A DNA stretch of 64,000 bases from an uncultured Gemmatimonadales bacterium (GTDB taxonomy: Bacteria > Gemmatimonadota > Gemmatimonadetes > Gemmatimonadales > Gemmatimonadaceae). Position 1 is the stretch's first letter; each line of letters starts with the position of its first letter. The translations under genes were made by a program, and so were the position numbers. Below, one piece after another: positions 23,418-34,739 of the stretch. The stretch is taken from contig CAVPQB010000005.1 in the NCBI GenBank assembly GCA_963707505.1, positions 1-64,000 on the forward strand, read 5' to 3'. The notes beneath the pieces are model-generated. The model was not told the origin of the DNA. It searched no databases and worked only from the letters and a program-made list of their open reading frames with translations.

Positions 23418-24856
23418 ATGCACGATACATATTCGTCACCGCTCGTCCGCGCGATACGCGTCGCGCGCCATGCTGGAGCTGTGGTCCGCGCAGCAGCGCG
23501 CATCTGCTCTGGCGCCAACTGTGGATCGCGCTCGCGGAGTCAGAGATGGAGCTCGGCGTCGCGATTCCGCAATCGGCGATCGCCGAGATGCGCGCGGCCG
23601 CTGCCACGATCGATTTCGATGCGGCAGCGAAGTACGAGCAACGCTTCCGACACGACGTGATGGCGCACGTGCACACGTTCGCCGATGCCGCGCCCGAGCG
23701 CGCGGCGGTTCATCCATCTCGGCGCGACGAGCGCGTATCGTGACTGACAACGCCGACCTGATCCTGATGCGCCGTGCGCTCTCGATGCTTCGCGGCCGCG
23801 CAGTCGACGTCGTCCGCGCGCTCGCGGCGTTCGCAGACAGTGGAAGGACGAGCCGACGCTCGGCTACACGCACATTCAGCCGGCGCAGCTGACGACCGTC
23901 GGCAAGCGCGCGACGCTGTGGATGCAGGATCTCGTACTCGACATCCGCGGACATCGAGTACCGCATCGACGCGCTACCGCTGCGCGGCGTCAAGGGGACG
24001 ACCGGTACGCAGGCGTCGTTCCTGCGGCTGTTCGACGGCGACCACGCGAAGGTGCGCGAGCTGGATCGGCTCGTTACGTCGCGAAGATGGGCTTCGCCTC
24101 GTCGATTCCCGTCAGCGGACAGACGTACACGCGGAAGCTCGACGCCGCGGTGCTCGGCGTGGTGGCCGGCGTCGCAGCCAGTGCGGCGAAGTTCGCGAGC
24201 GACATGCGCCTGCTGCAGTCCTTCGGCGAGATCGAAGAGCCATTCGAGAAGGAGCAGATCGGCTCGTCGGCGATGGCCTACAAGCGCAATCCGATGCGGT
24301 CGGAGCGGATCAACTCGCTCGCGCGCTTCGTATTGTCGCTCGAGCCCAATGCGAACGAGACCCACTCGGTGCAGTACTTCGAGCGCACGCTCGACGACAG
24401 CGCCAATCGGCGACTCGTGATACCGGAGATGTTTCTTGCGACCGATGCGATCATGCTGATCATGCGAAACATCGCGTCCGGACTCGAGGTTCACCCCGCG
24501 CGCATCGCGCGCCGCGTCGCAGACGAGCTGCCATTCATGGCGACCGAGGAGACTGATCGTGCGCGCTGTGGAGGCCGGCGGCGATCGCCAGGAAGCGCAC
24601 GAGGTGATCCGGAAACACAGCGTCGCAGCCGCGCACTGCCGTCAAGGACGGCGCGAGCGCAACGACATGCTGGACAGACTCGCTGCCGATCCCGATTATG
24701 CCTGTCCCTATCGACGATCTCCGGAGACGTGCTGGACGCACGTAGCTTCATCGGGCGCGCCGAGCGAGCAGGTTACCGAGTTCCTGCACGAAGTGGTTGT
24801 TCCGTTGCTGGATGAATCGGCCGGTGACGCTATCCGCGGAGGCACTTCGCGTATGA
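23418..24856 (+). CDS. purB: Adenylosuccinate lyase, frameshifted
   Basis: [46 protein letters not shown]. Confidence 0.94.
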
Positions 24857-25779
24857 CGACGCCGATCAGCGCAACGTCGCTTCCGCTTGCCTGTCCTCAG
24901 ACATGGCAAGGTCCGCGACGTTTATGAGGTCGATGCAGATCGCGTGCTGCTCGTCGCGACGGATCGCGTGAGCGCGTTCGACGTTGTGCTGGATCAACCG
25001 GTGCCGCACAAGGGCGCAGTGCTCACCCAGCTCACGGCGTGGTGGCTCAGCCAGATCCGCGACGTCCCACACCACATGATCACGGCCGACGCATCGGAGA
25101 TCGTGTCACTCGTTCCGTCGCTCGCGCGCTCATCGCGAGATGTTGCAGGGACGCGCGATGCTCTCGCGCCGCGCAAACGTATTTCCCGTCGAGTGCGTCG
25201 TCCGTGCATATCTGTCCGGCAGTGGCTGGAAGGATTACCTCGCGACCGGAAGACTCGCCGGTGAGGCATTACCGGCGCGGAATGCGTCGAGAGCGCAGGC
25301 GTTACCGGAGCCGCGCTTCACGCCGGCGACCAAGGCCGAGTCCGGACACGACGAAAACATATCGCGCGCAGAAACGAGCACATCGGCTCGGCGCCGTCGC
25401 TGATCGGCTCGAGGGGCTGTCGCTGGAGCTCTTCCGCTTTGGATCCAGAGTGGCGGAAAGCGCCGGATTGATTCTCGCGGACACCAAGTTCGAGTTCGGC
25501 GAGCGTGACGGGCAGGTTATATTGATAGACGAAGTCATGACTCCCGACAGCTCGCGTTTCTGGGCGCGCGATTCCTATCGCGCCGGTACGACGCCGCCGA
25601 GCTTCGATAAACAGCCGCTGCGCGATTACCTGCAACGCTTGCGCAACGAAGGAAAGTGGAACGGCGAGGCGCCCGGTCCGCACATTCCGCCGGACGTGAT
25701 CACCGCAATGAGCAACCGGTATCTCGAGGCGTACAGACGCCTCACCGGATCGTCACTTTCGATCGGTAACGCAACTTGA
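24853..25779 (+). CDS. purC: SAICAR synthetase, frameshifted
   Basis: [61 protein letters not shown]. Confidence 0.95.
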
Positions 25780-26430
25780 GCTTCGCGCGCGAAGGCTGGC
25801 CATTCATCGGCATCGGTGTCGTCGCAGTGGTAATTGCGTTCATCGCCGCGCTGCACTTCCGGTCGTGGCCGTTATGGCTGCTTGCGATTCTCATCACCGT
25901 CGTCGCCCTCTGGTGCGCGTACTTTTTCCGCGACCCCGAGCGAACAGGCCGACGCGGCCCGGATCTCATCGTCGCTCCGGCTGACGGCAAGATACTGATG
26001 ATCACCGACGTCGACGAGCCGCTGTTCGTCCACGGCACGGCGACTCGGATTTCGATTTTCATGAACATCTTCAACGTACATGTGAACCGCTATCCGGTAG
26101 ATGGACGTGTGGACTTCGTGCATTACAACAAGGGCAAGTTCCTGAACGCAGCCGCCGAGAAGTCGAGTCTGGAGAACGAACAGATGTCGGTCGGCGTAAC
26201 GACCGCGGCCGGCGTTCGAATTCTCACTCGTCAGATTGCGGGACTCATCGCGCGCCGCATCGTCACCTACAGCAAGATCGGCGACGAGGCGCACCAGGGC
26301 GAACGGTTCGGCATCATTCGATTCGGATCGCGTGTCGATGTGTTCATCCCGACCAACTCGACAATCAACGCGAAGCTCGGTGACATAACGACGGCCGGGA
26401 CGACTGTACTGGCGGAGCTGCAACCGGTGA
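25776..26430 (+). CDS. psd: Phosphatidylserine decarboxylase proenzyme
   Basis: FFRDPER, APADGK, SIFMNIFNVHVNRYP, QIAGLIARRI, IRFGSRVD; the stop is lost to an apparent indel near 26425. Confidence 0.92.
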
Positions 26431-27403
26431 GTGCGCGCGTCGCTGGGACCGCATCATCATCGCCGTCGCCCGATTCGCCGCGCGGTGATTCTGCTGCCCA
26501 GCGGTCTCACGATCGCCAATCTGTTCTTCGGCATATTCGCGATCGTTGCAGCCGCGCGCGGAGATCCGATCGCGCGCGGGCCTGTACGTCGTTCTCGCCG
26601 GCATTTTCGACGTCGTTCGATGGCCGCGTCGCGCGCGCAACCAATACCGGATCGCCGCTCGGCTCAGAGCTCGACTCGCTGGTGGACATCGTTTCGTTCG
26701 GTGTCGCGCCTGCGATGATCATGTACTTCGCGGTTCTCAATCGCGAAGGCTGGGACTGGGTATTCTCGTTCGCGTTCATCGCGTGCGCCGCGCTGCGCCT
26801 TGCGCGTTTCAACGTCGAGCAGGCGGGCCGCGCGAAGCGCTACTTTCACGGCCTGCCAAGTCCGGCAGCGGGATTGACGCTCGCCACGTACTACTGGTTC
26901 AGCCAGACGTCGCTGTACAACGATACGAACATCGCGAATCTTCAATGGCACGTGATGCTCGCTTCGTGATGGCCGGGCTCGGTGCACTCATGGTGAGCGA
27001 CGCATCGTATCCGGCGGTCCCAACCGTCGGTTTCAGGTCGCTGCGCGAGATACTCGGCACAATCGTGGTGCTTGGCACGATCATCGGCGTGTTCTTCGTA
27101 CCCAAGCAATTCTTCTTCCCCGCGTGCCTCGCGTACGTGCTGTATGGTCTTGGCCGATCCGTGTTGCTCGGCTTGCTTGGGCGGCCAACCGTGAGCAACC
27201 ACGACGCGGATCTCGATAGCGAAGAGGACGATGACACAGATATCGAGCCGCTCGATCGGCCCGCGACTGCCACGCTCGCCTATTCGCCGTCGGAGACGAC
27301 GCAATGTCACCAGACGCCGTCGTCGCCGGCGTCGTCCCAGGCGCGACCGGCCCGGGAACGACAATCCGGACGAAGCTCCACCTTCACCCGAAACTTGAGG
27401 TAG
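26427..27403 (+). CDS. pssA: CDP-diacylglycerol--serine O-phosphatidyltransferase, frameshifted
   Basis: LPSGLTIANLFFG, DGRVARAT..GSELDSLVDIVSFGVAP, LRLARFN, FHGLPSPAAG. Confidence 0.9.
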
Positions 27404-27406
27404 CTC

Positions 27407-27680
27407 GTGCAGTTATATCGCGTTCCCGTTCAGATAATCCCGCGTCCCGGAATCCTCGATCCGCAAGGCGCAGCGGTTGCGGGCGCGCTCCGCAGCCTCG
27501 GTTTCAACACTATCGCGGATATACGAGTCGGGCGCTTCATCACCGTCGACGTCAACGCGGCCAGCGCTACCGACGCGACAAGCGCGGTTCGCAGCATGTG
27601 CGAGAAGCTGCTCGCGAATCCGGTGATCGAAGACTTCGTGCTCGAAGAGCCGAGCGCTGCAACAGGGCGGTCAGTCGTGA
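27407..27680 (+). CDS. purS: FGAM synthase subunit PurS
   Basis: [34 protein letters not shown]. Confidence 0.93.
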
Positions 27681-28373
27681 AGTTCGGAATCGTCACATTT
27701 CCCGGATCAAACGGCGACTACGATGCTTACCACGCCGCGGCGGACGCACTCGGCGAGGAGTCGGTGTATCTCTGGCATAAGGATCACGATCTCAAGGGCT
27801 GCGATGTGATCGTGCTTCCTGGTGGTTTCAGTTACGGTGATTACCTGCGGCCCGGCGCGATCGCTCGGTTCAGTCCGATCATGAATGAAGTCGTCGCGCA
27901 CGCGAAGCGCGGCGCGCCCGTGCTTGCGATCTGCAACGGATTTCAGGTCGCGTGCGAGGCCGGCTTGCTTCCCGGCGCGCTTCTGCGGAACGCCTCGCTG
28001 CGATTCGTGTCACGCGTCGTCACGATGCGCGTGGAAAACGCCGTCCAGCATGTTCACGCATGAATATTTCACGGGCCAGGTACTGTCAGTGCCAGTCGCG
28101 CATGGAGACGGTCGTTACACCGCTGACCCCGACGTGATCGCGAGCTCGGAAGGCGAAGGACGCGTCGCGTTCCGGTATTGCTCGCGAGACCGGCGACACC
28201 ACGCAGTGAAGGCAACGTCAACGGCTCCGTCAACGGAATCGCCGGAATCATCAAGTGAGGCTGGCAATGTGCTCGGCATGATGCCGCACCCCGAGCGAGC
28301 GGTGGATCCGATCATCGGTACGACCGACGGACTCGGCGTGTTCGACTCGCTGCTCGGTGGAGTGACCGCCTGA
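27677..28373 (+). CDS. purQ: FGAM synthase glutaminase subunit PurQ, frameshifted
   Basis: [43 protein letters not shown]. Confidence 0.94.
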
Positions 28374-28374
28374 C

Positions 28375-30684
28375 ATGAGCGAAGTACTTCCCCGTCCCGG
28401 CGATCCGGAGATAACCCCAGCGCTTGTCCGGGAGCACGGACTGACAGAGTCGGAGTTCGAGCGTATCTGCAGCATGCTGGGCCGAACGCCGACCTTCACG
28501 GAGCTCGGAATCGTGAGCGCGCTGTGGAACGAGCACTGTTCGTACAAGCATTCTCGAAACACGTTCTGCGCACGCTCCCTACCGAAGGCGCAGCCGTCAT
28601 CCAGGGCCCTGGCGAGAACGCGGGCGTCGTCGCGATCGGCGATGGCGTCGCTATCGCATTCAAGATCGAGTCACACAACCATCCGTCCGCGATCGAGCCC
28701 TATCAGGGCGCCGCAACCGGTGTCGGCGGAATCCTTCGCGACGTATTCACGATGGGCGCGCGCCCGATCGCGATGCTCAACTCGCTGCGATTCGGCTCGC
28801 TCGATAGCGCGCGCAACCGATACCTGTTCGCCGGCGTCGTCAAGGGAATTGGCGACTACGGCAATTGCGTCGGAGTGCCAACCGTCGCAGGCGAGATCGT
28901 TTTCGACCCTGCTTACGATGGCAATCCGCTGGTCAACGCAATGTGCGTCGGAATGTTGCGCGAGGACGAGCTGATCCGTGCGAAAGCCGAGGGAGTCGGT
29001 AATCCCATTCTCTGCGTCGGCGCGCGCACCGGACGCGACGGAATTCACGGCGCGTCGTTCGCGTCCGAAGATCTGTCCGAAGCCAGCGAAGCCAAACGCC
29101 CACGAGTTCAGGTGGGCGATCCGTTCACCGAGAAGCTGCTGCTCGAGGCGAGTCTCGAGCTGATTCGGAGCGGACACATCGTCGCGATTCAGGACATGGG
29201 TGCCGCCGGCCTGACATCGTCGTCCGCCGAGATGGCCGCGCGCGGCGACGTCGGAGTCACGATCGATACGAGCCGCGTCCCGGTTCGCGAAACGGGGATG
29301 ACTCCATACGAGATATTGCTCAGCGAGTCGCAGGAGCGCATGCTGGTAGTGGCGCTCGAGGGTCACGAGCAGCAGGTCCGCGAGATTCTCTTCAAGTGGG
29401 ACCTCACCGCCGAAGTAATCGGCAAGGTCATTGCAGGAGCCCGTGTACCGCGTGACCGAGGGAGATCGTGTCGTTGCGGAATTCCCCGGCTCCGCACTCG
29501 TAACCGAGTGTCCGCGCTACAACGTTCCCGCGGAGGAAGGACGCGAGGCAATCGCGAGACGCAGCATCGACGTCACCGCAACGGACGAACTGGCGCAGGA
29601 AAGCGACCCGACGTGGACGTTGCTTCAGCTTCTCGCCGCCCCGACCATCGCGAGCAAGCGTTGGGCGTACCAACAGTACGATTCGACGGTGCGAACGAAT
29701 ACCGTGATCGGACCTGGCGGGGACGCAGCGGTGCTGCGCGTTCGTGGCACCGATCGCGCCATCGCGCTCAAGACCGATTGCAACGGTCGTTACGTCACGC
29801 TCGATCCGCGAGTTGGCGGTCGAATTGCCGTCGTCGAATCCGCGCGCAACGTCGCATGCACCGGTGCACGCCCGCTCGCTATCACCAACTGTCTCAACTT
29901 CGGAAATCCGACCCGCCCGGAGATATTCTTCCAGTTCAGGGAAGCCGTTGCGGGAATTCGCGAGGCCTGTATCGCGCTGGACACACCTGTCACAGGCGGA
30001 AATGTCTCGTTCTATAACGAGAGCCCGACCGGCAGCGTGCATCCGACGCCGGTCATCGGAATGCTCGGCGTCATCGATTCGCTCGAGCACATCACCCGCT
30101 CGACCTTTCGCAATGCGGGCGATGCGATAGTTCTTCTTGGCGATTGCACCGACGAGATTGGCGGGAGCGAATATCTGGCGACGATCCACGGAACGATCGG
30201 CGGAGCTGCCGCCGGCCTGCGATCTGGATCAGGAACGCGCACCTCATCGCCTCTCTTCTGGAAGCGATCCGGGCCGGAGTCGTCGCTTCGGCGCATGACT
30301 GCAGCGATGGTGGTCTGGCGATTGCTGTCGCCGAATGCATCATGGCGGACTCGGGAAAGATGCTCGGCGCGGACATCGACCTCGGCGCGTGGGATTCGCT
30401 CCCACTCCGTGCGGTGCTGTTCGGCGAAGCGCAGGGCCGCGTCATCGTTTCGTCGGGCCAGGCGGACCGCGTGCTGGAGATCGCAGCACGCAATGGCGTG
30501 CCAGCTCGGGTGATCGGAATGGTTACCGAGCTGGCGCGAAGGCTTTACGATTCGGACGGGTGGCAGAGTGCTGAAAATTGGAACCGAGCAGGCAGCGGCG
30601 GCGTATCATGAGGCTATTCCGCGCATCATGGACGCGGCACCCCAGAGTGCCGCAATCGAAGAAACTGAAGGAGTGAAGGTCTAG
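28375..30684 (+). CDS. purL: FGAM synthase subunit PurL, frameshifted
   Basis: [71 protein letters not shown]. Confidence 0.95.
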
Positions 30685-32061
30685 ATGTGTGGTGTGTTTG
30701 GCATTTTCGGTGATGACCGCGCGGCATCGCTGACGCAGCTCGGGCTGTATTCGCTACAGCACCGTGGGCAGGAGTCGTGGGGCATGGTATCGGTCAGTCC
30801 CGAAGGCGTTGCCCGGGCGACGCGCGCGATGGGACTCATCTCCGAAGCAAGCACGCGGCATGCACCGCTGGATGCGCGGCTCGCTATCGGGCACACGCGA
30901 TACAGCACCGCTGGAAGCTCGACTATCGAGAACGCGCAGCCGATACTTGCGCGCTCGCGCGACGGCCACATTGCAATCGGACACAACGGTAACCTTACCA
31001 ACGCGACCGAGCTGCGCAGCGATCTCGAAAACGAGGGATCGATCTTCTCATCGACGATCGATTCGGAAGTGATCGTGCATCGTATCGCCAAGGCGCCGGA
31101 CGGTGCTCCCGAAGTACGCCTGGCCGCCGCGCTTGCACCGGTGGAGGGCGCGTACTCGCTTGTCGCGATAATCGGCGAGACACTGCTCGCGGCGCGTGAT
31201 CCGCGCGGCTGGCGCCCTCTCGTAATGGGCGAAGTGAACGGCGCGATCGTGTTCGCGTCGGAATCGTGCGCGCTCGACATCGTCAACGCCACTGCGATTC
31301 GCGAAGTCGCACCGGGTGAGATCATCGCCGTCGACGCGAGCGGGATACGTTCGATCTTCCCATTCGAGCGCAAGGCGTCCACCCGTTGCGTCTTCGAGTA
31401 CGTCTATTTCGCACGGCCCGATAGTCGCGTGTTTGGCGGCTCCGTGGATCGTGCCCGTCGCGCACTGGGACGTCAGCTAGCACGCGAGGTTCCAGCGCCG
31501 AGCGCGGATCTCGTTTTTGCAGTCCCGGACTCGTCCAATTCAGCCGCGTTGGGATTCGCCGAACAGTCGCACCTTCCGTACGAGCTTGCGCTCATCCGCA
31601 ATCACTACGTCGGCAGAACCTTCATCCAGCCGGAGCAGGCCGGCCGCGATGCCAAGGTCAAGGTGAAATACAACGCGGTACGAGAAGTGCTGGAGGGAAA
31701 GCGCGTCGTCATGGTCGACGATTCCATCGTGCGCGGCACCACTACACGTGGGCTCGTGGCGATGGTGCGCGCGGCCGGTGCGGTCGAAGTCCACATGCGC
31801 GTCAGCTCGCCGCCCGTGACAGGACCTTGCTACTACGGCATCGATACTCCCAACCGTGAGGATCTTATCGCGGCGAACTTCTCTGTCGACGAGATAGCCA
31901 AACACATCGGCGTCGACTCGCTCGGCTACCTCTCGCTCGACGGGATGCTCAACGCCGTTCCAGATGGGCCGGAAGGGTTCTGTCACGCCTGTTTCTCCGG
32001 CGATTATCCGACACTACCGCCCACCGACCCGGACAAGCTCCGGTTCGGCTGCGGCTGCTGA
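30685..32061 (+). CDS. purF: Amidophosphoribosyltransferase (Fe-S type)
   Basis: N-terminal MCG, LQHRGQE, GHTRYST, HNGNLTN, MVDDSIVRGTT, PCYYGID, CHAC. Confidence 0.97.
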   Translation: MCGVFGIFGDDRAASLTQLGLYSLQHRGQESWGMVSVSPEGVARATRAMGLISEASTRHAPLDARLAIGHTRYSTAGSSTIENAQPILARSRDGHIAIGHNGNLTNATELRSDLENEGSIFSSTIDSEVIVHRIAKAPDGAPEVRLAAALAPVEGAYSLVAIIGETLLAARDPRGWRPLVMGEVNGAIVFASESCALDIVNATAIREVAPGEIIAVDASGIRSIFPFERKASTRCVFEYVYFARPDSRVFGGSVDRARRALGRQLAREVPAPSADLVFAVPDSSNSAALGFAEQSHLPYELALIRNHYVGRTFIQPEQAGRDAKVKVKYNAVREVLEGKRVVMVDDSIVRGTTTRGLVAMVRAAGAVEVHMRVSSPPVTGPCYYGIDTPNREDLIAANFSVDEIAKHIGVDSLGYLSLDGMLNAVPDGPEGFCHACFSGDYPTLPPTDPDKLRFGCGC

Positions 32062-32062
32062 C

Positions 32063-34738
32063 GTGACGCAGAAAGTCTTCTTCTTCGGCGGCGGAAAGGC
32101 CGAAGGGACGAAAGACATGAAGCGCACACTCGGTGGCAAGGGTGCCAATCTCGCCGAGATGACCAACCTCGGTGTTCCCGTACCGCCCGGCTTCACGATC
32201 GCCGCGACGGAGTGCATCTCGTATCTGGAAAACGGCACGTGTCCGCCGGAGCTGCGGGCCGAAGTCGAGGCGAACGTCGCGCGCCTGGAAGCAACGTCGG
32301 GAAAGAAGTTTGGAGACGCGCACGACCCATTGCTTGTCTCCGTACGTTCGGGCGCCGCGGTGTCGATGCCGGGAATGATGGAGACCATCCTCAATCTCGG
32401 TCTCAACGATCGAACGGTTGTCGTGCTCGCACGCGCGAGCGGCAGCGCACGCTTCGCGTACGATTCGTATCGCAGATTCATCCAGATGTACGCCGATGTC
32501 GTTCTCGGCGTGCCATCCAGCGCGTTTGAGCACCTGCTCACCGCCAAGCGCATGACCGCAGGCGTCGAAAGCGATGCGGAGCTGAGTGAGGATGCGCTGC
32601 GTAATCTCACCGAAGAGTTCAAGGCAATAGTTCGCAATCAGACAGGGACACCGTTTCCGACAGATCCCACAGAACAGCTGTGGGGCGCGATCGAAGCAGT
32701 ATGGCGCTCGTGGACGCTCAAGAAGGCGCGCGACTACCGCCGAGTGAATGCAATTCCGGAAACACTCGGCACTGCGGTCAACGTTGTTGCGATGGTGTTC
32801 GGAAACCTGGGCGACGATTCCGGAACGGGCGTCGCGTTCACACGTGACCCGTCCACCGGAGAACACAAGTTCTACGGCGAGTTTCTCGTCAACGCCCAGG
32901 GCGAGGACGTCGTCGCGGGAATTCGCACTCCGATCGCCATCGATCAGATGGCCACGCGTCTGCCAGCGGCGTTCGAGCAGCTCATGGATACGCAGGCGCG
33001 GCTAGAGCGTCACTTCTGCGACATGCAGGACATCGAGTTCACCGTCGAACGCGGCAAGCTGTACCTGCTGCAGACACGCACCGGTAAACGAACCGCAGCA
33101 GCAGCCGTTCGCATTGCGCGCGACATGGTCGACGAAGGACTGATCACGAAACACGACGCGGTACGCCGCGTACCAGCTGGACAGCTGGATCAGTTGCTGC
33201 ATCCAATTATCGATCCCGCCGCGCGCGCGAAGACGCTGTGCGTCGGACTCCCCGCGAGTCCCGGCGCCTCAAGCGGAATAGCGGTATTCGATCCGGACAT
33301 CGCCGAAGCGCGTGCGGCCGACGGCGCCGCTGTGATTCTCGTCCGCGAGGAAACGACGCCCGAGGATTTTCACGGAATCGTTGCTGCGCGCGCCGTGCTC
33401 ACAGCGCGCGGTGGGATGACGAGCCACGCAGCGGTAGTCGCGCGCGGAATGGGCAAGTGTGCTGTCGTTGGCTGTCGCGACATTCACGTCGATCTCGAGC
33501 ATCGTCGGTTCACTGTCGGGAATCAGACGGTCAATGAGGGCGATTACATCACACTCGATGGCGCGACTGGCCGCGTGTTCTCCGGTGCGCTTCCCACGAT
33601 TCCGAGCGAGGTTGTACAGGTCACCAACGGCACGATGAGCGAGAACGCGGCGCCGCTGTACCAGGCTTACGCGCAGCTCCTCGGCTGGGCCGACGAAGTG
33701 CGCACGCTCAAGGTTCGCGCGAACGCCGATACGCCGCGCGATGCACGCATCGCCCGCAACTTTGGCGCGGAAGGGATCGGGCTCTGCCGAACCGAACACA
33801 TGTTCTTCGAGGGCGAGCGCATCAACGCGATGCGCGAGATGATCGTTGCGCGCGACGAGGCTGGTCGCCGGCGCGCGCTCGCCAAGCTGCTTCCGATGCA
33901 ACGCGCCGATTTCGAGGGTATTTTCGAGGCGATGGACGGCCTGCCGGTGACTATTCGCCTGCTGGATCCTCCGTTGCACGAATTTCTCCCGCACGGCGGA
34001 GAGGAGAGCAAGCTCCTGGCGCGGACGCTCGACATCCCCCGCAACGACCTGCAGCGGATCGTCGAAAACCTGCGTGAGACCAATCCCATGCTGGGTCACC
34101 GTGGATGCCGGCTCGGCATCACGTACCCCGAAATCACCGAGATGCAGGGCCGCGCGATCTTCGAGGCCGCCGTGAAGGCCAAACGGCGCGGAATAGACGT
34201 GCGACCCGAAATCATGGTCCCGCTGGTCTCCGCCGTCACCGAGTTCGACAACCAGCGAGCGATCCTCGAGCACGCCGCCGAGCAGGTTCTGGGGGTCATG
34301 GGGGAAACCGTTCCGTACCTTATTGGGACTATGATAGAGCTCCCCAGAGCGGCTCTCACGGCGGGCGAAATTGCCAAACGGGCCGAATTCTTCAGCTTCG
34401 GGACCAACGACCTGACCCAGACGACATACGGACTCAGCCGCGACGATGCCGGGCGGTTCCTTCCCTCTTACGTAGAAAGTGGCATTTTTCCGGATGACCC
34501 TTTCCAGACTCTGGACCCCATCGGAGTCGGCCGCCTGATCCGCATTGCGGTTGAGGATGGCCGAAAGGCCCGACCGGGCATTAAATTGGGCATCTGCGGC
34601 GAGCACGGAGGCGAGCCGCGGTCGGTCGCATTCTGCCATGCTACCGGCCTTGATTACGTCTCATGCTCACCCTACCGGGTTCCCATTGCCAGGCTCGCCG
34701 CTGCCCATGCCGCTCTTGAGGCCTCCCCTGGCCAGTAG
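32063..34738 (+). CDS. ppdK: Pyruvate, phosphate dikinase
   Basis: LGGKGANLAEM, SVRSGA..SMPGMM, GGMTSHAAVVAR, GIGLCRTEHMF, FSFGTNDLTQ, GICGEHGG. Confidence 0.98.
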   Translation: MTQKVFFFGGGKAEGTKDMKRTLGGKGANLAEMTNLGVPVPPGFTIAATECISYLENGTCPPELRAEVEANVARLEATSGKKFGDAHDPLLVSVRSGAAVSMPGMMETILNLGLNDRTVVVLARASGSARFAYDSYRRFIQMYADVVLGVPSSAFEHLLTAKRMTAGVESDAELSEDALRNLTEEFKAIVRNQTGTPFPTDPTEQLWGAIEAVWRSWTLKKARDYRRVNAIPETLGTAVNVVAMVFGNLGDDSGTGVAFTRDPSTGEHKFYGEFLVNAQGEDVVAGIRTPIAIDQMATRLPAAFEQLMDTQARLERHFCDMQDIEFTVERGKLYLLQTRTGKRTAAAAVRIARDMVDEGLITKHDAVRRVPAGQLDQLLHPIIDPAARAKTLCVGLPASPGASSGIAVFDPDIAEARAADGAAVILVREETTPEDFHGIVAARAVLTARGGMTSHAAVVARGMGKCAVVGCRDIHVDLEHRRFTVGNQTVNEGDYITLDGATGRVFSGALPTIPSEVVQVTNGTMSENAAPLYQAYAQLLGWADEVRTLKVRANADTPRDARIARNFGAEGIGLCRTEHMFFEGERINAMREMIVARDEAGRRRALAKLLPMQRADFEGIFEAMDGLPVTIRLLDPPLHEFLPHGGEESKLLARTLDIPRNDLQRIVENLRETNPMLGHRGCRLGITYPEITEMQGRAIFEAAVKAKRRGIDVRPEIMVPLVSAVTEFDNQRAILEHAAEQVLGVMGETVPYLIGTMIELPRAALTAGEIAKRAEFFSFGTNDLTQTTYGLSRDDAGRFLPSYVESGIFPDDPFQTLDPIGVGRLIRIAVEDGRKARPGIKLGICGEHGGEPRSVAFCHATGLDYVSCSPYRVPIARLAAAHAALEASPGQ

Positions 34739-34739
34739 C

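Noticed and set aside
25776..26969. Apparent Psd-PssA fusion ORF (397 aa)
   Set aside because: The linker is an out-of-frame reading of the pssA N-terminus, so compensating indels create the ORF
27407..28063. Apparent PurS-PurQ fusion
   Set aside because: A GTGA stop/start overlap sits at 27677 and one indel would restore separate genes in this noisy block; it cannot be fully excluded without reads
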